A stretch of 64,000 nucleotides of DNA from a virus (IMGVR_UViG_3300028410_000746), one strand, 5' to 3'. Counted from the first letter of the stretch, positions 45,019 to 54,906 are shown. Made by a program: numbers and translations. Notes: generated from the sequence alone by a model not told the origin.

Positions 45019-45828
45019 TCACTCCTCCTCAGTCTCGTCTCCGAACCCTTCCAGCGGGATACGCATGCTCACGACACCCCGCTCCGGGTTATGAACCAGG
45101 AGCGCCACTCGGTCTGCCACACGCCACAGGTGACCGACCGCATCCGGGGACGCCGTAAAAGCCAAGTCCAGCAGCAGGTAGGGATTATAGTACACCGGAA
45201 GCCGTGAGGGAGTCTCCTCTTCCTGCGCACCTTCCGTCACAGGGAGAGCGACCCAACCCACACAGTCATGCGTCGACATCCACCCTCGGAACGTCTCGTC
45301 GGTAAGCTCCTCATCGGAGACCTCCTCCGGCAACTCCAGACTCCCACCCGTCAACAGCGCCGTGATGCCCACGACACCGGCGAAGACCTGAAAAGGCTCC
45401 AAGGCCGATGCGTCAAAGTAGCTCGCCACCTGTGCGACGTCCTCCAGACTCACCGAATGGGTAGTACCGACCCCTCCCCAGCCTGCCTTGACACGGTACT
45501 CATAGAGATACTTCAAAAGAGAAGCGTGGGCGCGCTCTTCTTCATCGGAGGGAGGCCGCTGCTCCAGCGCCACCTCTTCCTCGGTATCTCTATCGAGGTC
45601 CTCATCCAACGAGGCCGCCGATTCCGGCATCAACACGAACCCGGTCCTCGTAGGACGGTCAGGCTTGACGCGTACCATACGAAACTCGGTCGACCGAAGG
45701 CTGATACAGACAACTTCCAGGGCGGGAGAGAGACTGATCTGCATGATCGCGGGCGTCTTGATATGCCCATCCTGGTCCATCTGAGTCCGGCCATGCTCAA
45801 GCTGCAACATTCGAGTCAAGCTCGACAT
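45019..45828 (-). CDS. hypothetical protein, possibly a partial sliding-clamp fold
   Basis: C-terminal VYYNPYLLLDL...SMRIPL resembles the beta-clamp FN..YL.D...MP end. Confidence 0.45.
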   Translation of the reverse strand: MSSLTRMLQLEHGRTQMDQDGHIKTPAIMQISLSPALEVVCISLRSTEFRMVRVKPDRPTRTGFVLMPESAASLDEDLDRDTEEEVALEQRPPSDEEERAHASLLKYLYEYRVKAGWGGVGTTHSVSLEDVAQVASYFDASALEPFQVFAGVVGITALLTGGSLELPEEVSDEELTDETFRGWMSTHDCVGWVALPVTEGAQEEETPSRLPVYYNPYLLLDLAFTASPDAVGHLWRVADRVALLVHNPERGVVSMRIPLEGFGDETEEE

Positions 45829-45853
45829 AAAGGCTCCTTCTACTGGCCATCGG

Positions 45854-46354
45854 TCAGGTGACCGAGGCCTTCAATTCTGACTCCAACTCCAACTCCGACT
45901 CCAGCAAAGGAGGGCCCTCGTCTTCGGGAACCGTAGGCCCTCGGAGCCACTCCACCAGCCGCTCGTACCAGGGGAGGATAGGCTCAGAAGCCTCCAGGAC
46001 CCACTGAAGCGTCACCAGCTCCGGATAGACCTCCACGCCTTCATCAGACTGGAGCGTGTTCTCCAGGCCCTCCAGCACGCTCTCACGCGTATGTCTAGGA
46101 TCGAAGAAGGGACATGAGCGTGCGTTCTCCGTCGTATCACACAGGTTGCCCGGCCAGTTCTGAATGTCCTCAGCGCCCAGCATGCAATAGCGAACCGAGA
46201 TGTCCTTGCCCGCCTCGTTCTCCGTGATCTCCAGCAGGTTATGCGTGCAGTTGCACGGCTCAACCGCCAGACTCTCCCGGAGAAGATCCCTCCTCAACTC
46301 ATACCGCAAGGCGCGGTACCTCTTGTGAACTTCCGACTCAGTGCGCATGACCAT
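45854..46354 (-). CDS. Cys-rich hypothetical protein
   Basis: PCNC..YC..LC..SCPFF; 166 aa. Confidence 0.65.
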   Translation of the reverse strand: MVMRTESEVHKRYRALRYELRRDLLRESLAVEPCNCTHNLLEITENEAGKDISVRYCMLGAEDIQNWPGNLCDTTENARSCPFFDPRHTRESVLEGLENTLQSDEGVEVYPELVTLQWVLEASEPILPWYERLVEWLRGPTVPEDEGPPLLESELELESELKASVT

Positions 46355-46991
46355 CCTTAATTCTATCCAGCTTCAGTCGACCGTTGGACCCCATCCGGCC
46401 CTTGTAGGCTACCGTCGCGTGCTCCAGGAAGCCGTCGTTATGTGTCACCAGCAGCACGTTGACGTCGAAACGCTCGCACAACTTACGCAAGAATTCTCCA
46501 CAGGTGTCCACGTACTCGACGCTAAGCGCTGCGAGAGACTCGTCCAGGAAGAGGTAGCGAGCCATGCCCGTCTTCAGGAGCACCAGGATGCGCAACAGCA
46601 AGCTCTCCACCGACGCGACCCCACCACCAAACGACTGGAGCGGATCTCCATCACGGCCCGCTTGACTGGTCAGGAACGACACGTCGACCTTCCCCCTCTT
46701 CTGGCCAACTACGATATCAAACGCTACGTCTTGGTCGTGGTAGATCGCCTGTAGACCCTCAGTCACGAGGGCCGAGAAGTTGTCCGCGTACGCGTTGACG
46801 TGCCGCTCCACGAGGTGCTTGAACAGTTCGGAGACCTTATCCAGGACCTTGAGGTCCGTCTCAAGGTGCTCCAGCTCCTCCGTCAGACTCACCTCGCGCT
46901 CACCCAGGAGCGTGTGGCGCGCCTGCACGCGCGCGACGCGATCAGACAGGGTAGCCATCCGGGAGCCGAATTGGTCTTCAAGGAGCATCAT
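46338..46991 (-). CDS. sbcC: SbcC/Rad50 C-terminal half (signature, Walker B, H-loop)
   Basis: LQSFGGG, LFLDESLAAL, LLVTH; no Walker A. Confidence 0.85.
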   Translation of the reverse strand: MMLLEDQFGSRMATLSDRVARVQARHTLLGEREVSLTEELEHLETDLKVLDKVSELFKHLVERHVNAYADNFSALVTEGLQAIYHDQDVAFDIVVGQKRGKVDVSFLTSQAGRDGDPLQSFGGGVASVESLLLRILVLLKTGMARYLFLDESLAALSVEYVDTCGEFLRKLCERFDVNVLLVTHNDGFLEHATVAYKGRMGSNGRLKLDRIKDGHAH

Positions 46992-48220
46992 ACCACGCTC
47001 CTCAGACCCACGAGCATCGTCTGGTCGTGGTACGAATCCCCTACCTCATTGAGCTGGTGGAGCTTGATGTACTTGGTCCGACCTAGCGAGAGACCCAAGG
47101 AGAGGCCCCCTCGCGAGAACTTCGAGATCGCCATACGCAGCCAGTCCACATGAACCGTCAGGTGGACTGGAGTTTTGCGCTCCGTAGCCTGACACGACAT
47201 CGGGACGCGCACCGTGCAGGTGGACTTGCCTCGTACATCCTGCACGGAGAACACCACCTCGGCGGGCTCTTCGAGGACACCTGCCGGGAACTCCAGGGTG
47301 AGCTGGCAGTCTTGCGCGGCTCTCATGGCGTCGAGCGCCCCGAGAGCGCCCTTGATGTCCTCCGGCTCCACGCTCCATACCTCGGTCTCCAAGATCTTGG
47401 GGCTGAGGTCCGGGATAGAGGCCAGCTCAAACGAGGGGACGGCGAACGCCAGGAGCGAGCCGTCATCACCCATGATCACGTACTGCGTGGCGGTCTTGAT
47501 ACACGTGAACGTGTCGACCGAAGACAGGGACAGGAACCGTAGCACCTTGGGCACCTCGGCCTTGCTCATCTTAAGGCCCGTGACGGGGCCATAGGTCACG
47601 CCCGGCTGCTCCCCGAGGTTATACAGCGCGATCACGTGCGTGTCCGAGGCAAAGAACTGCCCGGCGCTGAACTTCGAGATCTGATACTGATTGGCGCGCT
47701 CATTGTTCGACGTCTCCGTCCCGATGGCGACGCGCACGAAGCTCAAGCCCTGAGTGAAAGGCTCCACCGGGCCCGTGAGAACCAACCCAGGATGATCCTC
47801 CAGCACCGCGCCATCCTCAAGGCCCTCAAAGACCTCGAACGAAGGGAACAGGTCCGCGTCAAACACCTGGAACACACCCTCCGCGCGCCCGCAGGAGACC
47901 TCCAGGCCTTCATCTGTGATCTCCAGAGAGACCACGCCGTCGTCCACATTGCCCAACCACGCCTGAAGCCTCTTGGCCTCCACGGCGAAGTCGCCGCTAC
48001 CCTGAGCCGACGAGACGCCGATAGGGACGCGCGTGAGCAGGATGTTGTCCGTGCTCGTGAGATAGAAGAGCTGGACAGCCTCCGTCTCCGTGGAGGGGCC
48101 TCGCGAGAACCGCACGAGCGTCGTGACGAGACCGTCCTTGGGCTTGTTGGACACCGCCAGCATGGCGATCTCCAGGCCCTTCTCCAGCACTACCTTGTCT
48201 GCCTCAAACCGCATGCTCAC
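46988..48220 (-). CDS. dnaN: DNA polymerase III beta sliding clamp
   Basis: 410 aa; LTSTDN, FAVEAKRL, DLFPSF, FFASDTH pattern. Confidence 0.7.
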   Translation of the reverse strand: MSMRFEADKVVLEKGLEIAMLAVSNKPKDGLVTTLVRFSRGPSTETEAVQLFYLTSTDNILLTRVPIGVSSAQGSGDFAVEAKRLQAWLGNVDDGVVSLEITDEGLEVSCGRAEGVFQVFDADLFPSFEVFEGLEDGAVLEDHPGLVLTGPVEPFTQGLSFVRVAIGTETSNNERANQYQISKFSAGQFFASDTHVIALYNLGEQPGVTYGPVTGLKMSKAEVPKVLRFLSLSSVDTFTCIKTATQYVIMGDDGSLLAFAVPSFELASIPDLSPKILETEVWSVEPEDIKGALGALDAMRAAQDCQLTLEFPAGVLEEPAEVVFSVQDVRGKSTCTVRVPMSCQATERKTPVHLTVHVDWLRMAISKFSRGGLSLGLSLGRTKYIKLHQLNEVGDSYHDQTMLVGLRSVV

Positions 48221-48498
48221 ACCTCATACCGCTCAAGATGGGTCTCAGCTTCTTCCAGGGCCTCCTCGAAGAGCGCGACCTCGGCGTTGAGCTTGCGCTT
48301 CTTTTCTGCCAGGAGGTTGGGAAGCTCTTTGAGGTCCCAACCGTGCTCCTCCGCTTCGGCTCGCAGCCGGCGCAGCTCATCCTGACTCGAATGAAGCCTC
48401 GCCACATGGGAGGCCTTCCGGTCCACGAGCTTGTCGCGGCGAGCGCGCAGCTTCGAGATGCGCGCCTCCAGCTCCTGTCTATTGATCTCATCACTCAT
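48217..48498 (-). CDS. small coiled-coil protein (possible third SbcC fragment)
   Basis: 93 aa, heptad-rich throughout. Confidence 0.65.
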   Translation of the reverse strand: MSDEINRQELEARISKLRARRDKLVDRKASHVARLHSSQDELRRLRAEAEEHGWDLKELPNLLAEKKRKLNAEVALFEEALEEAETHLERYEV

Positions 48499-48546
48499 GC
48501 CACGTACCTCCTCGTACTGTATTCGTAAGTCCCGGTGCGGGCCTGA

Positions 48547-49458
48547 TCACTCTACGACCTTACCTCCGAACCCAATCGACGCCGAAGCGTTCTTGGTCTC
48601 GGGGACAACCTCGACGCCCTTCTCAATCTTGTTCCAGCGACGCTTCTGGCGCGTTGCTTTAAGCTCCGCCTGACGCTCCTCACACATGTTCTCGAACTCG
48701 CAGTATTTGCACGCCTTGCCCGAAGGGGTCGCACGGAAATACTTGCGCTGGATGTTCGTGAACGTGTCCACGAGCTTGACCCGCATCTCGGCCATACGCT
48801 CCTCGGACAGCTCAATCCAGTCGAAGGCCTGCTCCGGATCATCCGCGAAGTGGAAGAAGAAGAACCCCACCTTGTCTGGGAAGCTACCATGACGGATCTC
48901 AAACGCCAAGGCATAGAACAGGAGCTGGTCAGGATCGACGTACTTCTCCCGATGCTTCGAGGCCTTGCCGTCAATGAGGAGGACCGTCCCGTCGGACTTG
49001 CGGATGATGAAATCCACGTAGCCGAAGAGAAAGAAATTCTTCATGAGGTGAGCGCGCAGCTTGATCTCGGACTGAGCGTAAGGGCCCAGTAGGCCGTGAT
49101 CCTTGATCCCCTGGAGAACCTTCGGGACCATCACCTCGCACTTCTCCAGGCACTCCTCGCGCGTGAAGTTGCAGCGCACGTCACTGAAGTCGACGTATTC
49201 CTTGTCCAGGAACTCGTAGAAATACTTGGGCACCAGATCCAACAGGGTCTGGCTGGTCTCCGAGCCCTTACGCCACAGCTCAAGGTTGTAGAAATCCTCG
49301 AAGACCCGTTGCACGACGCTCCCCACGACGGCGTTGTGCTTGGAGTCCTTGACCGGAGGCTCGATCTTGTCGACCTTGCGCAAACGGTAGCGTTTGGGAC
49401 ACTCGTTGTAGAGCTTGTAGCTCGAATACGACATCCAGAATTCTTTACGGGTTCCCAT
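48547..49458 (-). CDS. PD-(D/E)xK exonuclease of the Cas4/AddB type with a 4Fe-4S motif
   Basis: SYSS...ECPKRY; GYVDFI..LIDGKAS; QLLFYAL; CKYCEFENMC. Confidence 0.85.
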   Translation of the reverse strand: MGTRKEFWMSYSSYKLYNECPKRYRLRKVDKIEPPVKDSKHNAVVGSVVQRVFEDFYNLELWRKGSETSQTLLDLVPKYFYEFLDKEYVDFSDVRCNFTREECLEKCEVMVPKVLQGIKDHGLLGPYAQSEIKLRAHLMKNFFLFGYVDFIIRKSDGTVLLIDGKASKHREKYVDPDQLLFYALAFEIRHGSFPDKVGFFFFHFADDPEQAFDWIELSEERMAEMRVKLVDTFTNIQRKYFRATPSGKACKYCEFENMCEERQAELKATRQKRRWNKIEKGVEVVPETKNASASIGFGGKVVE

Positions 49459-49477
49459 GGGCGCCTCCTTGTGGCAT

Positions 49478-50464
49478 CTAGTCGCTCGCTGCACTCAGGT
49501 AGCGCAAGGCTCTCTCGCGTACCTCATCCTCAAACCCAGCCAAGCCGCGTACCGCCGTGGCCATGTCATCTACCTGCGCATCCACAGTCTGGAGTGCGAG
49601 ATTATCGAGGAACTGGTCAATGTCCCGCTGCTCCTGCTGGAGCCGCTCATGCTTCACGAGGTCGAACACCTCAGAGGCGGGACGAACCTTCAACGGGAGT
49701 GCCTCGGTGTTCACCGTGATCTCCCCTGTGATCTCGTCCTTCAAGATCTCCAACCAACCCACCCTCGGCGTTCGCTCCAGGTTGTCGTCGGTCAGGCTCC
49801 CGCGCGTCATTGACCCAAGGTTGAAGAACAGCTTGCCCCGGACGTCCTGGATACCCTGATCCAGGTGCAGGTGCCCAAAGATGAAGATGTCGGGGCTGCA
49901 TTCAGCCAGCTCCGAGTAGGACTGAACCTTCTCCTTACCGTACCACTGATTGCCCTCCGGCGTCGCGTACGTGTGCGCGCATACGATGAGGATGTCCTCG
50001 TCTCCTCGCTCCAGATCCCACTCCTCCACCTCGAACACGACCTTGTACGGGAAGCCTACGACGCGAACCTTGAGAGGGTCCTCAGCCGGGCCTGCCTCGA
50101 AGACGTGATCCGTCATGCGGTCAAAGACGCCCGTAGAGAACAGCACGCCTAGCGGCTGCTGGTGTACGTAGTCCACGTTGGCGTACGGGAAATCGTGGTT
50201 GCCGGGGTTACACCAGACACGGCAGGGGTAGGTGTTGTGGAGGTCGGAGACTCGACGCACGAGGAGGTGCGAGTTACGAGAGGCCGATTTGTTGTGGAAG
50301 AAGTCGCCGTTGTCGAGCACCGCAGTGGCCTCACGCTCGCGCGCGATCTCACCGATCTGGGAGAGCTTCTCCAGACAGCTTTGCGTGTAGTCGTCGCACC
50401 GGGACTCCGGAGGACGATCCGAGATGTGCACGTCCGTACGGACCACAAACGATACCCTGGACAT
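49478..50464 (-). CDS. sbcD: SbcD/Mre11 metallophosphoesterase
   Basis: TDVH, NGDFF, PGNHD, CAH, GHLH. Confidence 0.88.
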   Translation of the reverse strand: MSRVSFVVRTDVHISDRPPESRCDDYTQSCLEKLSQIGEIAREREATAVLDNGDFFHNKSASRNSHLLVRRVSDLHNTYPCRVWCNPGNHDFPYANVDYVHQQPLGVLFSTGVFDRMTDHVFEAGPAEDPLKVRVVGFPYKVVFEVEEWDLERGDEDILIVCAHTYATPEGNQWYGKEKVQSYSELAECSPDIFIFGHLHLDQGIQDVRGKLFFNLGSMTRGSLTDDNLERTPRVGWLEILKDEITGEITVNTEALPLKVRPASEVFDLVKHERLQQEQRDIDQFLDNLALQTVDAQVDDMATAVRGLAGFEDEVRERALRYLSAASD

Positions 50465-51663
50465 TAATGGACCTCCTGAGCACACGTCGGACAGATGCCC
50501 GCTTCATGCAAGAGGTCGTGAAGCTCTTTGTCCAACGCCTCCATCTCCTCGGAAGACTGGGCCACACCGAGCTTGGAATCGCGACCCGTGGTCGCATACT
50601 CCTTGAGCCGGCCGACCATCATCTCAAGGCTCCTGATCTCTTCGGTCGCCGCCGACACGTCGAGAGAGTCCGGAATGTCGAACTCCTCCACGTCTCGAAA
50701 CGCTTTCACGGTCCGAACGCCATAGCGAGCACGATCGAGCAGATCTTGAGCCTGCTCCATCTCCCTGAGCGCCGTCTGGACCGTCTCCGGGACTTCAGGG
50801 ACCAACACGTCCCCTATGTCGCGATAACGCCCCACAGCGTCCAGCGTGCGAACAGCGCCGCCCTGGAGACGCTCCAGCTCCGTGATCTCGCGCAAAGAGG
50901 CCTCACACGACTGCACATCCTCCGAAGACGCCACCGAAACGTTCTCGACGCCCTCCAGGAGGTCCACCACGTCCTGGTAATGGGTGCGACCCTCCACGAG
51001 CCTCCCCACCAGCGTGATCTCCCGCTCCAGGCCCAGCGCGCGATCCCACCGGGAGCGCATCTCCTTAAACTGCCTCATGTCTTCCTCGTACGTCTCGAAC
51101 TTCGCGCGCTCGGCCTGGAGATCACTCAGGTCCCGCGTACGAACCTTGCGTGTGGCCTTGTGCTCTCGACGGTCACGGTCACACGACCGCAGCGCCTCTT
51201 GAACCTCGGCCAGACGGTCCACGTCCGAGATCGCCTCCGCCGCCACAGCTCCGGAGATGTCCAGGAGGAAGAGCGGAGAGAACTGGTCGGCTACCTGTAC
51301 GGCGACGGACTTGTTGCCAATCTCCAGCTCCCGGAAACCGGCGTGAGCCACCTCGGAAGGCGCACCACGACCAACCAGCTCCAGATCCACCCCGTCAATC
51401 ACGTAGTCGTTGTGTGATCCGCCCTTGCGCCAGATCAGATCCAGCGGCGGCGTGCCCTCCGTGGCGGGCACAGTGAGATGGACCTCACTGTGGGTGGCCC
51501 CTTCCGTCACGAAGTCATTGCCCTGCCGGTTCGACAGAGCGCCCGAGACCGCACGAATGACCGCAGACTTGCCAATGTTTGACTTGCCCACAATCACCGT
51601 GAGGCCCCGGACCTCCAGCGTCGCATGCTCAATGGACTGGAAGTTGGTGATCTCAACCTCCAT
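50464..51663 (-). CDS. sbcC: SbcC/Rad50 N-terminal half ending at the Zn hook
   Basis: ITNFQSI, Walker A GKSNIGKS, coiled coil, terminal CPTCAQ. Confidence 0.88.
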   Translation of the reverse strand: MEVEITNFQSIEHATLEVRGLTVIVGKSNIGKSAVIRAVSGALSNRQGNDFVTEGATHSEVHLTVPATEGTPPLDLIWRKGGSHNDYVIDGVDLELVGRGAPSEVAHAGFRELEIGNKSVAVQVADQFSPLFLLDISGAVAAEAISDVDRLAEVQEALRSCDRDRREHKATRKVRTRDLSDLQAERAKFETYEEDMRQFKEMRSRWDRALGLEREITLVGRLVEGRTHYQDVVDLLEGVENVSVASSEDVQSCEASLREITELERLQGGAVRTLDAVGRYRDIGDVLVPEVPETVQTALREMEQAQDLLDRARYGVRTVKAFRDVEEFDIPDSLDVSAATEEIRSLEMMVGRLKEYATTGRDSKLGVAQSSEEMEALDKELHDLLHEAGICPTCAQEVH

Positions 51664-52201
51664 GGAGCACATCTAACGTATGATTCATCAGAGCGGTGTA
51701 GCCGGTCTTGAGCACCTTCAGAGACCACACGTCCCCAGCCACAACAGGCTGCAACGTTAGATACGAATAGTACCGAAGCGCCTTACTCACACAAGCACCC
51801 TCTCGGTAACCCACTGCCACATGTGCAGTGTCCAGGTGAGACGCCACATACTCAAGCAACTCTTCCCAATTGCCAGAAAGAGAGGGGGCTCCCTCCAACC
51901 ACGCATCAGGTTCTTCCCAAACCACCAAATCCTGGGAAGAAAACACCGCCGCATCCAACTCCAATACAGCGGCCAAGGACTCCGCCAAGAGGTATTGATC
52001 CGGTGCTACCCCTACAGGACGCTCCCGAGTGGTCACCCATAAAGCCTGACCACCGTCCGCATGACACCTCTTCACAGCCTCCAGCGCCAAGGAACGCCCT
52101 ACCTCCGTATCCTTCGTGCGAATCCAAGACCACTTGCCACAAGGATACCCTTTCAACCTGGCATCCAGGGTTGAGTACCCCATACTCTTAAACACTGCCA
52201 T
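51653..52201 (-). CDS. degenerate RecA-like paralog
   Basis: SMGYSTLD..GYPCG..SLALEAVKRC..GG..ALRYYS parallels the adjacent RecA; Walker A GPYGSGKT replaced by TKDTEVGR. Confidence 0.6.
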   Translation of the reverse strand: MAVFKSMGYSTLDARLKGYPCGKWSWIRTKDTEVGRSLALEAVKRCHADGGQALWVTTRERPVGVAPDQYLLAESLAAVLELDAAVFSSQDLVVWEEPDAWLEGAPSLSGNWEELLEYVASHLDTAHVAVGYREGACVSKALRYYSYLTLQPVVAGDVWSLKVLKTGYTALMNHTLDVLHGG

Positions 52202-52204
52202 GAC

Positions 52205-53317
52205 TCACTCCTCCTCGTCGTGCGCCGTGAGGGCGTTCTCATCATCGGCGGTAAGGTCACCGAGCTGCGACAGGAGGTGGAGGTAATCCTCCTCATTCTC
52301 AACGAGGTGGGTTCTCAGCGCCTCCTTACCCTGGAAGGTCAACTCCTCGCCCACGCCATCGAAATACTTGAGCCAGGAGCCAGACTTACGAATGATCTTG
52401 CGCGCCTCGCAGATGTCCATGATCGAGCGCACCGAGTCAATCCCCTCACCAAAGCGGATCACGATGTCCGACGAGTGGTTTTGGTGTGCGCTCACCTTCG
52501 TCTTGGTGATCGTAGCGCGCGTGATGCGAGCGATGGGCTGCTTCTCTTCCTCGCCCGTCAGCTCGTTGATGTGCTTGGTATCGTACTCCGTCTTGAGCGG
52601 CTTCAAGCTCATGCGCAGCGACGAGTAATACTTGAGCGCCACGCCTCCCGACGTATCCTCATCAGGGCCCGGATCGTACTTGCTCGTCTTGATACGGCTA
52701 CGGAGCTGGTTGAGGTAGATGATCGAGGTGCCCGTACGACGCAAGAGAGGGACGAGACGTCGCAGGAAGCCCGACTGGAGACGCGCGAGGAGACCGATCT
52801 GACCCTGCTCGCTCATGCCTTTCTCGTGGAGGTGCTTGGGGACCATCGCGCTCACGGAGTCAACGATGATGAGATCCACCCCTGCCTCCGCCAGCGTCGA
52901 GATGATCTCAGCACCCTCCTCCCAGGTCGTCGGACAGTACAGGTCCCAGCACTCCTCGGAGAAGTCGACTCCCAGAGACTGCGTGTAGGAGGGGTCCAGC
53001 GCGTTCTCGAAGTCGAGGAAACACACGGTGCCTCCCTCCTCCTGACACTGCACCGCCGTCTCCAACGCCACGGTGGTCTTGCCCGACCCATACGGGCCGT
53101 AGATCTCAATGATGCGACCCCTGGGGATGCCAGGACACTGACGCTGACCTGACGCTACCCGGTTACCTCCGATGAGGTAGTCGAGGAGCGGCGAACCCGT
53201 CGAGATGTACTTGTGGATCGGGGCGTTCTTGGGATCAAGAACAAGGCGGTTGTTCTTGAAGTCGATGTTCTTGTTCTTCTTGAGAGAGGCTCGGGCTTTT
53301 TCCAGAGTCGTGGACAT
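52205..53317 (-). CDS. recA: RecA recombinase
   Basis: ISTGS..LD, GIPRGRIIEIYGPYGSGKTT, IIVDSV, NQLR, SGGVALKYYSS. Confidence 0.95.
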   Translation of the reverse strand: MSTTLEKARASLKKNKNIDFKNNRLVLDPKNAPIHKYISTGSPLLDYLIGGNRVASGQRQCPGIPRGRIIEIYGPYGSGKTTVALETAVQCQEEGGTVCFLDFENALDPSYTQSLGVDFSEECWDLYCPTTWEEGAEIISTLAEAGVDLIIVDSVSAMVPKHLHEKGMSEQGQIGLLARLQSGFLRRLVPLLRRTGTSIIYLNQLRSRIKTSKYDPGPDEDTSGGVALKYYSSLRMSLKPLKTEYDTKHINELTGEEEKQPIARITRATITKTKVSAHQNHSSDIVIRFGEGIDSVRSIMDICEARKIIRKSGSWLKYFDGVGEELTFQGKEALRTHLVENEEDYLHLLSQLGDLTADDENALTAHDEEE

Positions 53318-53425
53318 TCGTTGTGTCTCCATGTCGTATGGCCGCGCTGTGGCGACCAAGTAGTGTGCCTTCGTTGCACGTCGTAAATGCGGTGAATCGT
53401 TCCCGCTCGTAAGTAGCCAGTCCCC

Positions 53426-54088
53426 TCACTCCTCTTCCGTGGCGTAGATCACGTCGTACTTCGAGTCGGGGTAGTCGAAGTATTTGCCCTTGGTGTTCTC
53501 GCCTTCGTTACGGAGATGCCCGGTCTTGCCGTGGTACATATCCTTTTCGTAGTCAAGCAGGTCATCCTCCGTGATCTCGCCACGAAGGAGCTGAGCAAAG
53601 CGACCCGCCATGAACCCACATACACCCGCGTCCGCCTCGTTGTTGTTGAAGCGTCCAGGGTTCCCGTAGAGCATACAGAACAGGTCTTTCATGTCCTGCT
53701 TGCTCATCTTGCCCGTCTCATCCAGGACACGGCGAGCGTACGCCTTGAGCTGAGGAGGCAAGTAGCAGACAAAGGGAAGCCTCCAGTCCAGGAGGATGTG
53801 CCAGATGTCCATGTAGAGGGCGTACAGGCCCGCCGAGTAGCTGCCCTTGAACGGCGGGTGCTCTATCCCCACGAAGTCAATGACACCTCCATCCTCGTGC
53901 GCACGAACCAACAGGGCCTTGAGGCTCTCCTGGTGGCTAAGGTATCGCCACGGCATGGGTGTCCTCTTGGTGGTCTTGAACGTACCTCGGTCTTCCAGAA
54001 CACCAGTGAAATCTTTGGGATCGTCACTGGTGCGATGGATCGTCCACCCAAATCCAGTCAAGGAGGGGTCCAGACCGAGAATACGCAT
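53426..54088 (-). CDS. ruvC: RuvC-like Holliday junction resolvase
   Basis: ILGLDPSLTGFG, VGIE, K.DMK, NEADA. Confidence 0.85.
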   Translation of the reverse strand: MRILGLDPSLTGFGWTIHRTSDDPKDFTGVLEDRGTFKTTKRTPMPWRYLSHQESLKALLVRAHEDGGVIDFVGIEHPPFKGSYSAGLYALYMDIWHILLDWRLPFVCYLPPQLKAYARRVLDETGKMSKQDMKDLFCMLYGNPGRFNNNEADAGVCGFMAGRFAQLLRGEITEDDLLDYEKDMYHGKTGHLRNEGENTKGKYFDYPDSKYDVIYATEEE

Positions 54089-54130
54089 ACCAAAATCTCC
54101 AAGTTGAAGTGCTACGCGAGAGCAGAAGGA

Positions 54131-54183
54131 GCGTCATGAGTGAGACCTCATGACGCCCCTTCTGGCCTCGAAAAACCAGAAGG
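54131..54183 (-). terminator. two tandem hairpins between SSB and RuvC
   Basis: CCTTCTGG/CCAGAAGG (54158-54183) and GCGTCATGAG/CTCATGACGC (54131-54156). Confidence 0.5.
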
Positions 54184-54221
54184 CGGCCGCCGTGATCAGA
54201 GGCAGCCGCCGAGACTTCGAG

Positions 54222-54893
54222 TCAGCCGATGTTGGACATCAGGTCGTCGAAGTCGTCCTCGCTGTCCGTGGACGAGACGATCTCGACCTGCTCGCCCAGC
54301 TTGGACTTGATCTCGTCGATGGAGACCTGACGCGCGAGCTGGATGGTGCCGTGGTTGACGATCGCGTCCAGGATCTCCTTACGGACCTTCTCGTTGCGAC
54401 GCCACAGGGCCTCACCCGCACAGGCCGTGAACGTGAGCTTTTGGTACTGCTCGCCGTTGCAGTTGACCTTCAGGTCGTGGAAGGACAGAGGGAACTCCTC
54501 GTGGATGGCCGCGAGGTCCTCGAACTTCCGGGGACCGAACTGCCACTCCATGATCTCCCACTCCAGGCCGTCGCCCTTGTCCTGGGGCTTGCCGCTGCGG
54601 TCGGTGCGGTACTTGACCAAGTACGTCCCGAGACGGATCTTGGGCGCGCCGTACTTCTGAACGGTGTACTCGCCCACAGGCTCGATGTACCCCAGACCGT
54701 CCGCGTAGTGGCACGAGGACTTGGCGAAACGAGGCGTGTCGTTCTCGCTCATCTGATAGGAACCGTCCTCATTCTTGAAGAACCAGACCAGCGCGATGCG
54801 GTCCGTCTGGTTCTCCTTGCCCTTGTAGCGCTCCAGGCGACCGTTGTTGAGCACTTCCTTGTCGCCGCGACCGAAACCGATGAAATCTGACAT
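54222..54893 (-). CDS. putative single-stranded DNA-binding protein
   Basis: Aromatic-rich OB-like core, acidic tail DSEDDFDDLM; next to ruvC and recA. Confidence 0.6.
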   Translation of the reverse strand: MSDFIGFGRGDKEVLNNGRLERYKGKENQTDRIALVWFFKNEDGSYQMSENDTPRFAKSSCHYADGLGYIEPVGEYTVQKYGAPKIRLGTYLVKYRTDRSGKPQDKGDGLEWEIMEWQFGPRKFEDLAAIHEEFPLSFHDLKVNCNGEQYQKLTFTACAGEALWRRNEKVRKEILDAIVNHGTIQLARQVSIDEIKSKLGEQVEIVSSTDSEDDFDDLMSNIG

Positions 54894-54906
54894 TGTACGT
54901 CTCCTT

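Noticed and set aside
48547-49458. Cas4-like nuclease as the cas partner of the mini-array
   Set aside because: It is 40 kb away, embedded in the sbcCD/clamp operon, and type I-E systems lack Cas4; better read as an AddB/RecB-type recombination nuclease
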